64,000 nucleotides of DNA from a virus (Duplodnaviria > Caudoviricetes). Shown in pieces: positions 41,471 through 52,000 of the stretch. Within the stretch, counting starts at the first letter, position 1; every line of letters starts with the position of its first letter. The notes under the pieces are model-generated. The model ran no database searches. It worked only from the letters and a program-made list of their open reading frames with translations, and had not been told where the DNA came from. Where the stretch lies: the IMG/VR virus record IMGVR_UViG_3300021295_000001, one strand, 5' to 3'. Made by a program: the position numbers and the translations under genes.

Positions 41471-44082
41471 GTGAAACTAAACGCCAAACAACTCACGGAA
41501 GCCTACGCCAAGCGCCTAAGCCTCACCGAGGCGGCTTACGCCAAGGCCCACAACGGCGCCACCCTTCCCGAGAACCTAAAGAACGCCACCGCTCAGTTAA
41601 TCTCCAACGCGAACACCCTCTTCAGGGAGTCCTTCGCCAACTCGACTGGAACCCAGTTGGGTGACATGGGCACCTTCAAGAAGTTCACCTTGGACATCAC
41701 CCAGGTCGCGCTCCCCAACCTCATCGCCCCCGAACTCGTCATCGTCCGTCCGATGGCCTCCCGCACTGGATTTTAACCGAATAGAATCCCTTTTGTAGCA
41801 ATACAATAGCAAACAACCTCGTTAATTGCTGGAAAACCCGATATGGACAATCAGCAGCCAAGCCCCGTGTATCAGTAAGCGGGGAAGGTTCAACGACTAT
41901 CGAAAGCGTAATCGGCGAGAAAAACGCCGATGAGGAAGCGAGTAGAGTAGGGCTTCGGTCCGAAAGACGAGGCAACCGAATGAGGACAAACCAAGTTCGG
42001 CTGATAATATAGTCTGAGCACCATGGTAACATGGTGAGCCTGACATTACTGGTAAATGACACAATGCCACGTGGCGAGCCATAACTCGCATCCGCACATG
42101 CGTGGCGAATACATAGAACGCTTTATGGAGAGTTAAGATGAAGAGAAAACTGAAGTACTTGGATTCAAGTTGCATCGACGACATCGTGAACATGTATGAG
42201 GTCGAGCGAAAGACCCTGAGAGATTGCGGAAGGAAATACGGGCTGTCCCGACCTTCCGTGAAAAGGCTCCTCGAAGAAAACGGGACCCACATCAGGACCA
42301 ACAGCGAGTCACACAGAAAACATATCACTGACGCCGAAATCGCGGAAACCGTGGAATGGTACGAATCGGGCCACACGCTGGACGAATGCTCCGAGAAAAC
42401 GGGGCTCAAGCGAAGCACCACGTATAATATACTGAAGAACCACACGAAAACGCGAAATACTTCCGAATACACGAAGGGCAAGAGGAGGGATGAGGCCACG
42501 AGGGCCAAAATCTCCAAGTCCAAAATGGGACACCCAGTGTCGGAGAAAGTGAGGCAACGCATGAGGGACTACAACAGAAACCTCGACAAAAAGACCATCC
42601 AGATAAAACTCACGAAGGCATGGTTGACCAAGAAACTCCACGGAACGTGCAACACCTCGAAACCTGAGGAGGAACTGTACCAAAGGTTGCTAAAGGAAAA
42701 CGTCAACAAGACGATACTGAGGCAATACAAGGACAGCGAAAGATACCCGTTCTACTGCGACTTCTACATAGTGGAAGACGACAAATTCATCGAACTCAAC
42801 GCGCATTGGTCGCACGGCGGAAAGCCCTACGACGAAAACGACGAGGAGTGCCAAAAGAAACTGGCGCTGTGGCGAGAGAAGGCCAAGACCTCGGCGTTCT
42901 ACGCGCAAGCCATAAAGGTGTGGACCGAAACGGACGTGCTCAAAGCAAAGACGGCCAAGGAACACAACCTCAACTACGAAGTCATTTACTAAGAATGCTT
43001 ACGAATAACAAAACCTGATTCAGTACATCCAGTTCGTCGCTGGCTCCAACAAGGGCGGAATCCAACGCGGTGCCGTCTTCAACGACCCCTTCCACCTCGG
43101 CCCCATGACCGATGACAGGGTCGACTACACCGCCCAAGCCATCGCCGAGAACGTCGAACTCGACGCCCAAGGCAAGGCCACCCTCGCCTGGGCTCCCATC
43201 AGCGAGTCCTTCACCCCCGTCGTCGTCGGCCAGCCCTCCGCGGTCGTCACCGTCGTCGACGCCGCCACTGGCGAAATCTCCGTCGCTGGCGCCTCTGGCA
43301 CCGCCATCAAGGTCAAGTACCTCTATGACCAGGCCATCATCCCCGCCAACGACATCCCGACCCTCAACATGAGGGTAGAGGGCATCGCCCTCGAGGCCAA
43401 GCCCCGTCGCATCGCCATCTACTTCGACCAGATGGCCGCCTTCCAAGCGAAGACCGAGATGGGCATCGACCTCGGCGACGTCCTCGCCAAGCAGGCCGTC
43501 TCCGAACTCTCCTACGAAATCGACACCGAAATCGTGAAGTTGCTCGCCGAATCCGCCCCGACCGACGTCACCCTCCAGTTCAACAAGAGGATTCCCGTCG
43601 GCATCTCCATGGAACAGCACTACGAGGCCTTCGCCGAGACCATCGAGCGCGCTTCCCAAATCATCTACGACAGGACCCAGCGCTACCACGCCAACTACAT
43701 GGTCTGCGCGTCCAACGTCAAGCCCCTCCTCGCCCTCGTGAGGGGTTGGAAGGCCACTGGCGAAGCGACCCGCAACGGCCCGTACCTCGCTGGCACCCTC
43801 AACGGCCTCAAGGTCTTCGTCTCCCCCGCCATCGAGCCCAACAAGTGGTTCGTGGGCTTCAACGGCGACGACCTCATGACCTCGGCGGCCATCTACGCCC
43901 CCTATATGCTCATCGCCCCGACCGCGCTCCTCAACTTCGCGGATGGTGGCAACAGCCAGGGCTTTATGACCCTTTACGACCTAAAACTCCTCAACGACAA
44001 ACTCCTCGTCGCTGGTGAAATCATCAACGCCAAGGACGTCGAAGCGGTCCAGGTCGTCCCGACCGAAGACGTCGGCGAATAA
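41471..44082 (+). CDS. Major capsid protein (T4 gp23-like), spliced: exon 1 41471-41773, exon 2 43018-44082 (455 aa)
   Basis: LPNLIA.ELV.V.PM...TGF|IQY, EAKPRRI, EL..EID.EI, YAPY; highly biased codons. Confidence 0.9.
41774..43017 (+). mobile_element. Group I intron
   Basis: P1 GGATTT/GAATCC with U.G at the splice site; P AATTGCTGGAAA, Q AATCAGCAG, R TTCAACGACTA, S ATATAGTCT; terminal G43017; in-frame exon join. Confidence 0.92.
42138..42992 (+). CDS. Intron-encoded homing endonuclease (Vsr/DUF559-like, EDxHD-type) with HTH and NUMOD3-like repeats
   Basis: SKPEE..Y, RYPFYCDFY, FIELNAHWSHG; lies downstream of the S element (P9 region). Confidence 0.75.
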   Translation: MKRKLKYLDSSCIDDIVNMYEVERKTLRDCGRKYGLSRPSVKRLLEENGTHIRTNSESHRKHITDAEIAETVEWYESGHTLDECSEKTGLKRSTTYNILKNHTKTRNTSEYTKGKRRDEATRAKISKSKMGHPVSEKVRQRMRDYNRNLDKKTIQIKLTKAWLTKKLHGTCNTSKPEEELYQRLLKENVNKTILRQYKDSERYPFYCDFYIVEDDKFIELNAHWSHGGKPYDENDEECQKKLALWREKAKTSAFYAQAIKVWTETDVLKAKTAKEHNLNYEVIY

Positions 44083-44109
44083 CCTCGGTTATCCGTACAA
44101 AGTCAAGTC

Positions 44110-44139
44110 AAGGACCTCGAAAGAGGTCCTTTTCTTTTT
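44110..44139 (+). terminator. Terminator after capsid gene
   Basis: AAGGACCTC-gaaa-GAGGTCCTT then T tract. Confidence 0.85.
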
Positions 44140-44197
44140 GCTAAATTAACTGTATAATATCATGTGGTGCGTAGCACTATAAGCGGAGGTTATCGGT

Positions 44198-45160
44198 ATG
44201 TCGAGCAAGGGTCTTCATTGGTTCAACGACGGGAAATCCGAGGTTTGCGTGGCGGAGTGCCCAGACGGATGGCGCAAAGGACGTCTCCCAGCGTCCGACG
44301 AGGCGAGGCGGAGGATGTCCGAATCCTGTTGGACGAAGCGCGCGTCGAAGGAGGAACTGTCGGCCAGGAACGCCAGGATTTCCGAAACCAAGTCCGCGAA
44401 GACGGAGGAGGAGAGGGCCGAATACGCCAGAAGGGTATCCGAGGGCAGGAAGGGCAAAGGGCTCGGCGTGGAGCCTTGGAACAAGGGCATGACTGGGTTG
44501 GTCGCCCACAACAAAGGCGTCCCGATGTCCGAGGGGCAGAAACTTAAACTCCGCGAGGCATACGCGTCCCTGTCCGATGAGGAGAAGCGGGAACGCGCCC
44601 TGAAGGTATCCGTGGCGAACAAGGGCAGGAGCGTCTGGAACAAAGGCCTGAGGTGCCCCCTGCCACGCGACGTGGCCGTGGCGAGGAAGGCGAAGGAGCA
44701 CGAGACCAAGAAGAGGAACGGCTCCTACACGCGCTCGTTGATGGAGGACATGTGCTACTCGTTGATGTCCGATTATTTCGGATGGGACGTGGAGAGGCAG
44801 TATTCCGACGAACGCTATCCGTATGACTGCGACTTCCACACGGCGGACGACCTGTTCATCGAGATTAACGGGAATTGGACGCACAACGACCACCCATACG
44901 GAACGCGCGAGGACGACGATGAGACGCTGGCCGAATGGAAATCGAGGACCGATTCCGATTATTACGCGAACGCGGTGTACACTTGGTCCGATTTGGACGT
45001 GAGGAAATTCGAGAAGGCGATGGAAAACGGGCTGAAATACGTGGTCATATACCCGTCGAACACCTTGGATTTCAACCTCTCGATAAACGATGAGGAGTTC
45101 TCCGACCTCGTGACGGCGCTCTACAACTGTTGCAACTTCAATGGAGCGAGAAAGCGATGA
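44198..45160 (+). CDS. Free-standing endonuclease related to the intron-encoded one
   Basis: RQY.DERYPY.CDF, FIEINGNWTH; WNKG/HNKG repeats. Confidence 0.75.
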   Translation: MSSKGLHWFNDGKSEVCVAECPDGWRKGRLPASDEARRRMSESCWTKRASKEELSARNARISETKSAKTEEERAEYARRVSEGRKGKGLGVEPWNKGMTGLVAHNKGVPMSEGQKLKLREAYASLSDEEKRERALKVSVANKGRSVWNKGLRCPLPRDVAVARKAKEHETKKRNGSYTRSLMEDMCYSLMSDYFGWDVERQYSDERYPYDCDFHTADDLFIEINGNWTHNDHPYGTREDDDETLAEWKSRTDSDYYANAVYTWSDLDVRKFEKAMENGLKYVVIYPSNTLDFNLSINDEEFSDLVTALYNCCNFNGARKR

Positions 45161-45228
45161 ACCACATCGCTTTTCTTTTTGCTAAATTAACTGTATAATA
45201 TCATTGGGACTTATTGGGAGATGAAACC

Positions 45229-46821
45229 ATGGACGTTGTGAATAAGGTCGGTCAGAAGGCGCGCGAGAAGGCGAACGCCGATTTGCTCGAGGCGATGTCG
45301 GGGCGCAGGGACGAGTTGTTCTCGTTCTACGATTCGCATTCGTACAAGGAGACGCTGGACGAGTTCGGCATACCGAGTTACAAGAGGCTCAGCGCGATAC
45401 TGAAGGCTCTTGGGTACGATTTCTCGCGGAAGAAGGGGAACAGCGTGCTCAAGGGGAAGCCGTCCCCGCGTAGCCACGAGAGTTACGTCGCTGGAGGCAG
45501 GAAGAGTTCCGAGACGCAAAGGGACGCGTGGGCGGGGAAAACGGACGAAGAGAAGGGGGAATGGTCCAAGAAGATGGCCGATTCCCATTCGTCCGAGGAG
45601 TACAAAGCGAGGAAATCGAAGGCGCAGAAGGAATGGTACGCATCGCTTTCCGACGATGACAAGAAGGAATACGCCCGCGTGCGTGGCGAAGGCTCCAAGG
45701 CTTGGTGGGATTCACTGACCGAGGACGAGAAGGCGGAGCAGGTGGCGAAGCACATGGAGGCTGGCGCTGGGTGGAACCACGAGAGGATAAGGCAAACCCT
45801 GCGCGATAGATACGGGGTTTCCAACGTGTCGCAAGTACCTTCCGTGAGCGCCAAGGCCGTCGAGGGGATGAGGAAGACGTGCCTTGAGAAATACGGGGTT
45901 GAGTGGAATTGCCAACTCGAGCAATGCAAGACGGCCATTGGGGCCAAATCGTCGAACACGAAGCCGAACGTGGAGTTCGCCACGCTTTTGGATTCCATGG
46001 GTATTGCGTACGAAAGGGAATTCAACCTCGGGAAATACATATACGACTTCAAGGTGGGCGACACGTTGGTCGAAATCAACCCGACCCCGACCCACAATTC
46101 CACGTGGAACCCCTTCGGAGGGGAACCGCTCGACAAACTCTACCACAAGGACAAACTGGCCAACGCCGAGAAGAACGGCTACAGGTGCGTCATGGTGTGG
46201 GACTGGGACGTGCCAGAGAAGGTGGCGTGGTCCCTGAAGGACGCCGAGGTCGTGTACGCCAGGAAATGCGAGGTCAGGGAAATCGGTATGGCGGAATGCT
46301 CCGAGTTCGTCAACAGGCACCATTTCCAGAACGACGCCCGTTGCTCCGTGCGACTGGGCCTGTTCCACGAAGGCGAGTTGGTAAGCGTGATGACGTTCGG
46401 GAAGCCGAGGTACAACGGGAACCACGAGTGGGAACTGATTAGGTACTGTTCGTCCAAGAAGGTAATCGGAGGGGCGAGCAAACTGTTCAGGCGCTTCGTG
46501 GCCGACCACGCGCCGAGGAGCATAGTAAGTTATTGCGACAGGTCCAAGTTCAAGGGTGACCTATACCCGAAACTCGGGTTCGCGCTGACGAAGAGGGGTA
46601 AGCCGTCGAAGCATTGGCACAGCATAAGGACTGGGGAGCACTACACGGACAACCTGCTCAGGCAACAGGGGTTCTCGAGGCTCGTGCACAGGACGGACGC
46701 GTCCAACGAGGATTTGGCGACGTCCGACAACGCGACCCTCATGCGCGAGGAGGGGTTCGCCGAGGTATGGGACTGCGGTCAGGACGTGTACGTTTGGGAA
46801 AACGGCACAAGCGACCGTTGA
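45229..46821 (+). CDS. Hef-like endonuclease with DUF559-like domain and GNAT-like C-terminal domain
   Basis: T.LEKYGV, YDF....LVEIN...H; YARKC...HHFQ...VMTFGKPR...WELIRYC...GGASKLF...SYCD. Confidence 0.65.
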   Translation: MDVVNKVGQKAREKANADLLEAMSGRRDELFSFYDSHSYKETLDEFGIPSYKRLSAILKALGYDFSRKKGNSVLKGKPSPRSHESYVAGGRKSSETQRDAWAGKTDEEKGEWSKKMADSHSSEEYKARKSKAQKEWYASLSDDDKKEYARVRGEGSKAWWDSLTEDEKAEQVAKHMEAGAGWNHERIRQTLRDRYGVSNVSQVPSVSAKAVEGMRKTCLEKYGVEWNCQLEQCKTAIGAKSSNTKPNVEFATLLDSMGIAYEREFNLGKYIYDFKVGDTLVEINPTPTHNSTWNPFGGEPLDKLYHKDKLANAEKNGYRCVMVWDWDVPEKVAWSLKDAEVVYARKCEVREIGMAECSEFVNRHHFQNDARCSVRLGLFHEGELVSVMTFGKPRYNGNHEWELIRYCSSKKVIGGASKLFRRFVADHAPRSIVSYCDRSKFKGDLYPKLGFALTKRGKPSKHWHSIRTGEHYTDNLLRQQGFSRLVHRTDASNEDLATSDNATLMREEGFAEVWDCGQDVYVWENGTSDR

Positions 46822-46852
46822 CATCGGGCCGAATCCGTGATAGCATATGGGC

Positions 46853-47053
46853 ATGGGAAAGAGGAAATCCAAAAAGGCGAATGTGCGGAAAACGCACGGT
46901 GGGAAGGTAATCGTGAGCGTGGACGTCTCTGGCGTGAAGGTCAGGGACGAGGTCCATTTGGCCATGATTGCCAAGACGAGGCCACACGTCGTCGCGGACA
47001 AACGCAGGAAGAAGTCCAAACACCCGAAGAGGGACATGGACGGTCTCTGCTAA
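46853..47053 (+). CDS. Small basic protein
   Basis: TTGACA promoter at about 46818; K/R-rich 66 aa. Confidence 0.5.
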   Translation: MGKRKSKKANVRKTHGGKVIVSVDVSGVKVRDEVHLAMIAKTRPHVVADKRRKKSKHPKRDMDGLC

Positions 47054-47133
47054 ATTGTCTGATGGACAACGCTTTTTCAGGCGCTGGCAAGCGCAATACA
47101 AGAATGCACGTTAAACCCAAAGGGGTGAAGGAC

Positions 47134-47820
47134 ATGAAGGAATCTAAACGCAAGGGCAAGGTCATTTTCTTCGGCAAGGGCCAAGAGCGTGACGGGGTCA
47201 GGGAAGAGGTAATCGACGAGGCTGGCAAGAAACTGCCGTATGGCGTTCTGGCGTGGGGCCTCAACGAAATCATCTCTGGCATGAACGACGAGGAAGCCTA
47301 CTACGGCTCATGGCTTTACGTGTGGCCAGACGGCGCCACCCGCGAGGACGCCAACGACTCGTTCGGCACAAAGGAGGAATACCAGGAACTCGAGGACCTG
47401 TTCAAGAAGGTGTACAAGGCCTACCACAGGTCTGGGCTGTACAACGTGAGCGACAAGACGTTGGAACGCGCCCACGAATGGGATAGGAAACTCGGTCTGA
47501 CGCCAATCGCCGACGTCGGTAGGAAGGGCTCCGTCCAATCCAAGTTCGAGGACGGTACCGAGGAGAAAATCGGCGAGGTCCTCAAAGGCGTTGGGATAGG
47601 CGAAGAAGAATACGAAATCGAGGAGGAGCACGACGCTGGCGACGCCGAGCACCCATACAAGACCGTCTATTTCTTCGAAGACGAAGTAGCCAAGAAGGCG
47701 CTTAAGGCGCTCAGGGCATCCAACGCGTTCGTCACCGTCAAGGGTTACGAGGAGCCGTTCCCCGACGACGTGCACAGCGCCATCGAGATTCTGGTCAGCG
47801 CATACGATTACGGGAGGTGA
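47134..47820 (+). CDS. Acidic hypothetical late protein
   Basis: Late motif at 47048; RBS GAAGGA; start codon uncertain. Confidence 0.65.
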   Translation: MKESKRKGKVIFFGKGQERDGVREEVIDEAGKKLPYGVLAWGLNEIISGMNDEEAYYGSWLYVWPDGATREDANDSFGTKEEYQELEDLFKKVYKAYHRSGLYNVSDKTLERAHEWDRKLGLTPIADVGRKGSVQSKFEDGTEEKIGEVLKGVGIGEEEYEIEEEHDAGDAEHPYKTVYFFEDEVAKKALKALRASNAFVTVKGYEEPFPDDVHSAIEILVSAYDYGR

Positions 47821-47826
47821 CGCGAC

Positions 47827-48357
47827 ATGGAAAGCGGATTCACCGTATACTACGATTTCGAATACAATGGATTCGAGGACAAGTTCTGGGACTACGAGGT
47901 GCCGATGGCAATCCTCGTGTCTGGCATTCGGGAATACTTCTCAAGGTACAACGTCGAACTCGACGGCACAGATTCCGCCATATGGAACTCCCTGCACGAC
48001 GTCGACGGCGCGCTGGACGAGATATTCGAGACCATGACCGAATGGTACGAGGACAAGTGCGAGAAACTCGCCTTCGAGAAATTCAAGGAGTACGCCGAAA
48101 GCGAACTCGAGTGGAAGGCCGAGCGCGAGGGTTTCGATGAGGACCTCGACGACGAGGAAGAGTCAGAGCGCGTAATCAAGACGAAGGTATTCGCAGATTA
48201 CGTTGAACGCCTGAAAGCAAACCATCCAGAGATGGGGCCATCCGAACTTTGGGCCTTGGCTCAGGAAAAGAACGACATCTACGAACCCGTGTTCTCCCGC
48301 GAGGAGATAGAGGAACACAAGCGCGCCGTGTTCGACGCGTTTGCGGAAGGCGAATAG
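47827..48357 (+). CDS. Acidic hypothetical protein
   Basis: GGAGGTG RBS; coding-like codon usage. Confidence 0.7.
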   Translation: MESGFTVYYDFEYNGFEDKFWDYEVPMAILVSGIREYFSRYNVELDGTDSAIWNSLHDVDGALDEIFETMTEWYEDKCEKLAFEKFKEYAESELEWKAEREGFDEDLDDEEESERVIKTKVFADYVERLKANHPEMGPSELWALAQEKNDIYEPVFSREEIEEHKRAVFDAFAEGE

Positions 48358-48358
48358 G

Positions 48359-48550
48359 ATGGACGGCCTCGAGATAGGCTCCGTCGTTATCATCTCCGAC
48401 CCAGACACCGTTTGGGACGGGAAGACTGGGGTCCTGAAGGGAATCGACGAATCGGCTGGCATCGCGCTGGTGTACGTCGACTTCCTGCCAGATAAGGGCA
48501 AGAAGGTCCTGCAATACTTCGAAACCGAAAAACTGGCGCCCGCCGAATGA
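48359..48550 (+). CDS. Small SH3/KOW-like protein
   Basis: IGS.V.I....WDGKTG.L..ID; followed by a GGCGCC hairpin terminator. Confidence 0.6.
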   Translation: MDGLEIGSVVIISDPDTVWDGKTGVLKGIDESAGIALVYVDFLPDKGKKVLQYFETEKLAPAE

Positions 48551-48822
48551 GGCGCCTTTTTCTTTACGCGCATATTTACGCGCATACGCGCACGTGCGAT
48601 GTTCGAAGCGTTTTTGAATTGAAAACGAATCAAAAAACGAATGCTTATTCGAGCGCACTTATATTCATCATTCGTATATATAATACAGCGATGGAAAACG
48701 CAACCCCGCGGATTTCGTATAAAATCATCAGAAAGGGAAATCGTTTGAATAATTCCCCAAACCATATGGATAATCCCCTAAAACGCCTTGCATTTTGGGG
48801 GAATGTCGTTTACAATATGGCC

Positions 48823-49056
48823 ATGGGAAACGAAATGAAAACGTACGCACTGCCACTCGATGCGTCCGTCGTGATAGACTGTGGTGATTTCCACTATGAC
48901 TTCGTTTTGGGGGATAAGTCCGAAAAGCCTTGGTTCACCAAAGCGTCGACTCCGCGACGCGCCTACGTCAATTTCAAGAAGAGGATTGCGGAAATGGAGC
49001 GCACGTCCGTGTCGCGCGTGGACTTCGCCGTAACCGACATGGTCGAATGCGTGTGA
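48823..49056 (+). CDS. Small early hypothetical protein
   Basis: TTGCAT-17-TACAAT promoter (48788-48816). Confidence 0.55.
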   Translation: MGNEMKTYALPLDASVVIDCGDFHYDFVLGDKSEKPWFTKASTPRRAYVNFKKRIAEMERTSVSRVDFAVTDMVECV

Positions 49057-49086
49057 AATACCCCGTCCGTTGCTAAATTCCATGAT

Positions 49087-52000
49087 ATGGTTGACGAAAA
49101 GGATTTTTTGGCGTTCACGGAAGACGACGTAGTCGATTACGCCGAGGTTTATGATTTGGATGAGGGGTTCGGCAAAGGCCCTTCTATTTTGATGCCCGAC
49201 GGAACCGTGTACGACCTGTCCCGCGCGTTCGAAACGCATTTCGGCTTCTTCGAGGTCGTGTTCCAGGGATTGCACGATTCCATATTGGACGAATACCCTG
49301 GCGACACTGACGTCGAGTACGAAGGCTATCTGTCCTACGACCAAGAGAAGATAATGTACCGCGCCGAGGCCGAATTGGGAATCATCACCCTGAACGTCGG
49401 CCTCACGTACAAGGAGCCGAGGGCCAAGGTCGTAATCCTCAGCAAACCGACGGAAGCGCAATACGGCGCGCTCACCGATTTCCTCGATTACGTTCAGCAA
49501 AAAGGCAAGAAGTCCGTCCTTTTCTTCATGGGCGACAAAATAGATTACGTCGAGTACCAGTTCGGAGAGGACCAAGGCACCGACGAAATCATCGACAAGG
49601 TCAGGAGGTATTTCGCCACTGGCAAGATAGTCGAGGCTCAATCGGCCGACGGCATGGCGTACGACGACGTCATCAAGGCCATCGAGGGGTCTGGCTTGTT
49701 CCCGATAACCGCGGACGCGGACGAGACTGGCTTCATCCTCCCAGACGGCAGGTTCCTGAACACGGCCGACAACGAATACGGGATGCCTTGGCACATGGCG
49801 GTCGAGGATTTCCTCGGCGACAAGGGATTGGCGAACGAGAAAGCCCGCGAAAGGTCCTCCGAAAACGACTCTGGCGACGGCTCCCCCACAATCGAGGCGT
49901 TCGGCGCCATAAGGGTAAGCGACGGCGAGGAATACATATGCCTACCGCCAGTGAGGCCGACCGAGCAGGCGTTCTCCGCCCTCGAGGGATGGTTGGCGAA
50001 GATGCACGACGAGCATAGCCTGCAGAGGGTGTACGCGTGCAATTACGAAGGCAATCAGGACGCGTTCTACGACATCGTCCCTGGTGAAGAGAAGGAAATA
50101 GTCGGCAAATTGCGCAGATATTACTCTTCGAACAGATTGATTGAATCCCCCAAAACCCTTAATTTGACAGAATATTTCGAAGAAGAGGACGGCCCGTGTT
50201 TCGTGACGAACGAGGCAAAGGAATTGGCTGATTATCTTAAACGCAAGATAAACGAAGGTCACGGTTCTTACAGGATAGTGCATTTCTACGACCAAGACGT
50301 ATACGCTGTAGCGTCTAGTTACTCCATGGTGCACTACTGGCTTGATTACAACACCAGAAAACAGATGTACGTCGACGGCAACGAGTTCGGCGCTAGGTTA
50401 ATGGCCTATCCGATAGGGGCCAGCGACGACGACAACGTGGACTATTATGACTGCGAGAACAAGGTGTATGAATTCGGCGATTGTGGCATAAAGGTGGCCG
50501 TGATAGGCGACTTCCCCGAGGATTTCGAGAAGACAACGCTATGCAAAGCACTGGGTCCGATAACTAGAAAATACGAATTCGAGAAGGACGACAGCGACAA
50601 ATACGAGAGTATGCGCCTTCCTCACGCAACAGACTTGGGCAAGCCCAAGGAATCGCATGACAAGCAAAACGAACTGACCGAGGCCAAGGATGACGAACTT
50701 AAATTCAAGGATTGGTTGGACTCCGCATACGAAGCCGTCGGATATCAGTGGAGCGACCCGATGTTGGACATTTCCTATGAAATGAGGAGCGCCGATTCTT
50801 GCTTTGATGAGTTCCAAGATTACAGGCGCAGAAACAAAGGCAGGCAAACCGATTACTATTATTGGATGGGTCAAGAACCGAGTATGTTCTTCTCCTTTCT
50901 GGCAAGAAGCATAAGAAAAAAATCGAGCAAAGCCAATGTGAAAAAGGAAGCGGAGGCTGGGGCCGAGTCCGTATACGACGGGAAATTTTGGCGTGTGTAC
51001 AAAATAAACACGTACGAGGCGTCGTGCCATTATGGCAAAGGCACCACGTGGTGCATATCGGAATACGATGACGATTATTGGGACGAATATGCTGAAAAAG
51101 GCATCACATTTTATTTCCTTCTCCCTAAAGACGGGAAAAAATACATGAAGTATGCCATAGGAATCGACCGCAACGGGCATGTTCAGATGATATTCGACCA
51201 AGAGGATTGCAATGTTGAAGGAGTGCCGAACGTACCAGACATACCCGAATTGAGAGAAGTTAGAGATGCCATGGGCTTGGATTTCCATGTGTATTTCAAC
51301 ATGGACGAAGAATTCAGCACATATGACAACTTCAGGGACGCATGGTACGCTGGCGTGAACTGGCCCGAGATGCTATGGTTCCTTTCCGAGGACGAGGAAG
51401 AAATAAAGCGCATAATGCATGACGACCTACGTATGGACGATGTGGAGGTTGTCGAATCCCTAACCGAGGCCAAAGCGGACGTCGATAAGTTCAAGGCTTG
51501 GCTCGCCGACGGGATAAGGGGAAGCAATTTCTCCGAGCCTAATGCCGATGAGGTGGCCAAAGGGTACGCCGATTTCTTCGTGGCAAACAAAAACAGACTC
51601 AAATCCCCGCAGAACGATTTCTATTATTGGATGAAGAAACCGTTCGGGGAATTCGTGTCCTTCATAAGCGACCTCAAGAGAAAGGACGACGAAAAGTCAT
51701 TGTCCAAGTCAAAGGAGGACGAAGGCTCAAAACTCGTGTACGAGGATGAGGATTGGTTTGTGTACGAGATAACCAATTACGAGGCCTCGAAGAAATATGG
51801 CGCCAATACAAAATGGTGCATTTCTGGCTCCAAGCGATGGAACAACGGGGAGAACGGAAGGAAGTTTTTCGACGAATACGCCAGCAAAGGCATCAGGTTT
51901 TTCTTCTTCATCGACAGGAAGGGTGGCAGGAAGTACGCGTTCACCGCTTATCCAGAGGCGTTGGGGGACGACGCCTACGAGATTTACAATGACATGGACG

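Noticed and set aside
41471-44082. Stop-codon recoding or frameshift as the cause of the split capsid gene
   Set aside because: A group I intron explains it exactly, and TAA, TAG and TGA all terminate genes normally elsewhere.
46853-47053. ArfA-like ribosome-rescue function for the small basic protein
   Set aside because: Only compositional resemblance (K/R-rich, KH); the KGKGSY-type motif is missing.
46837-47133. N-terminal extension of the 327-aa ORF
   Set aside because: It overlaps a better small ORF in another frame, and most of it lies upstream of the late motif at 47048.
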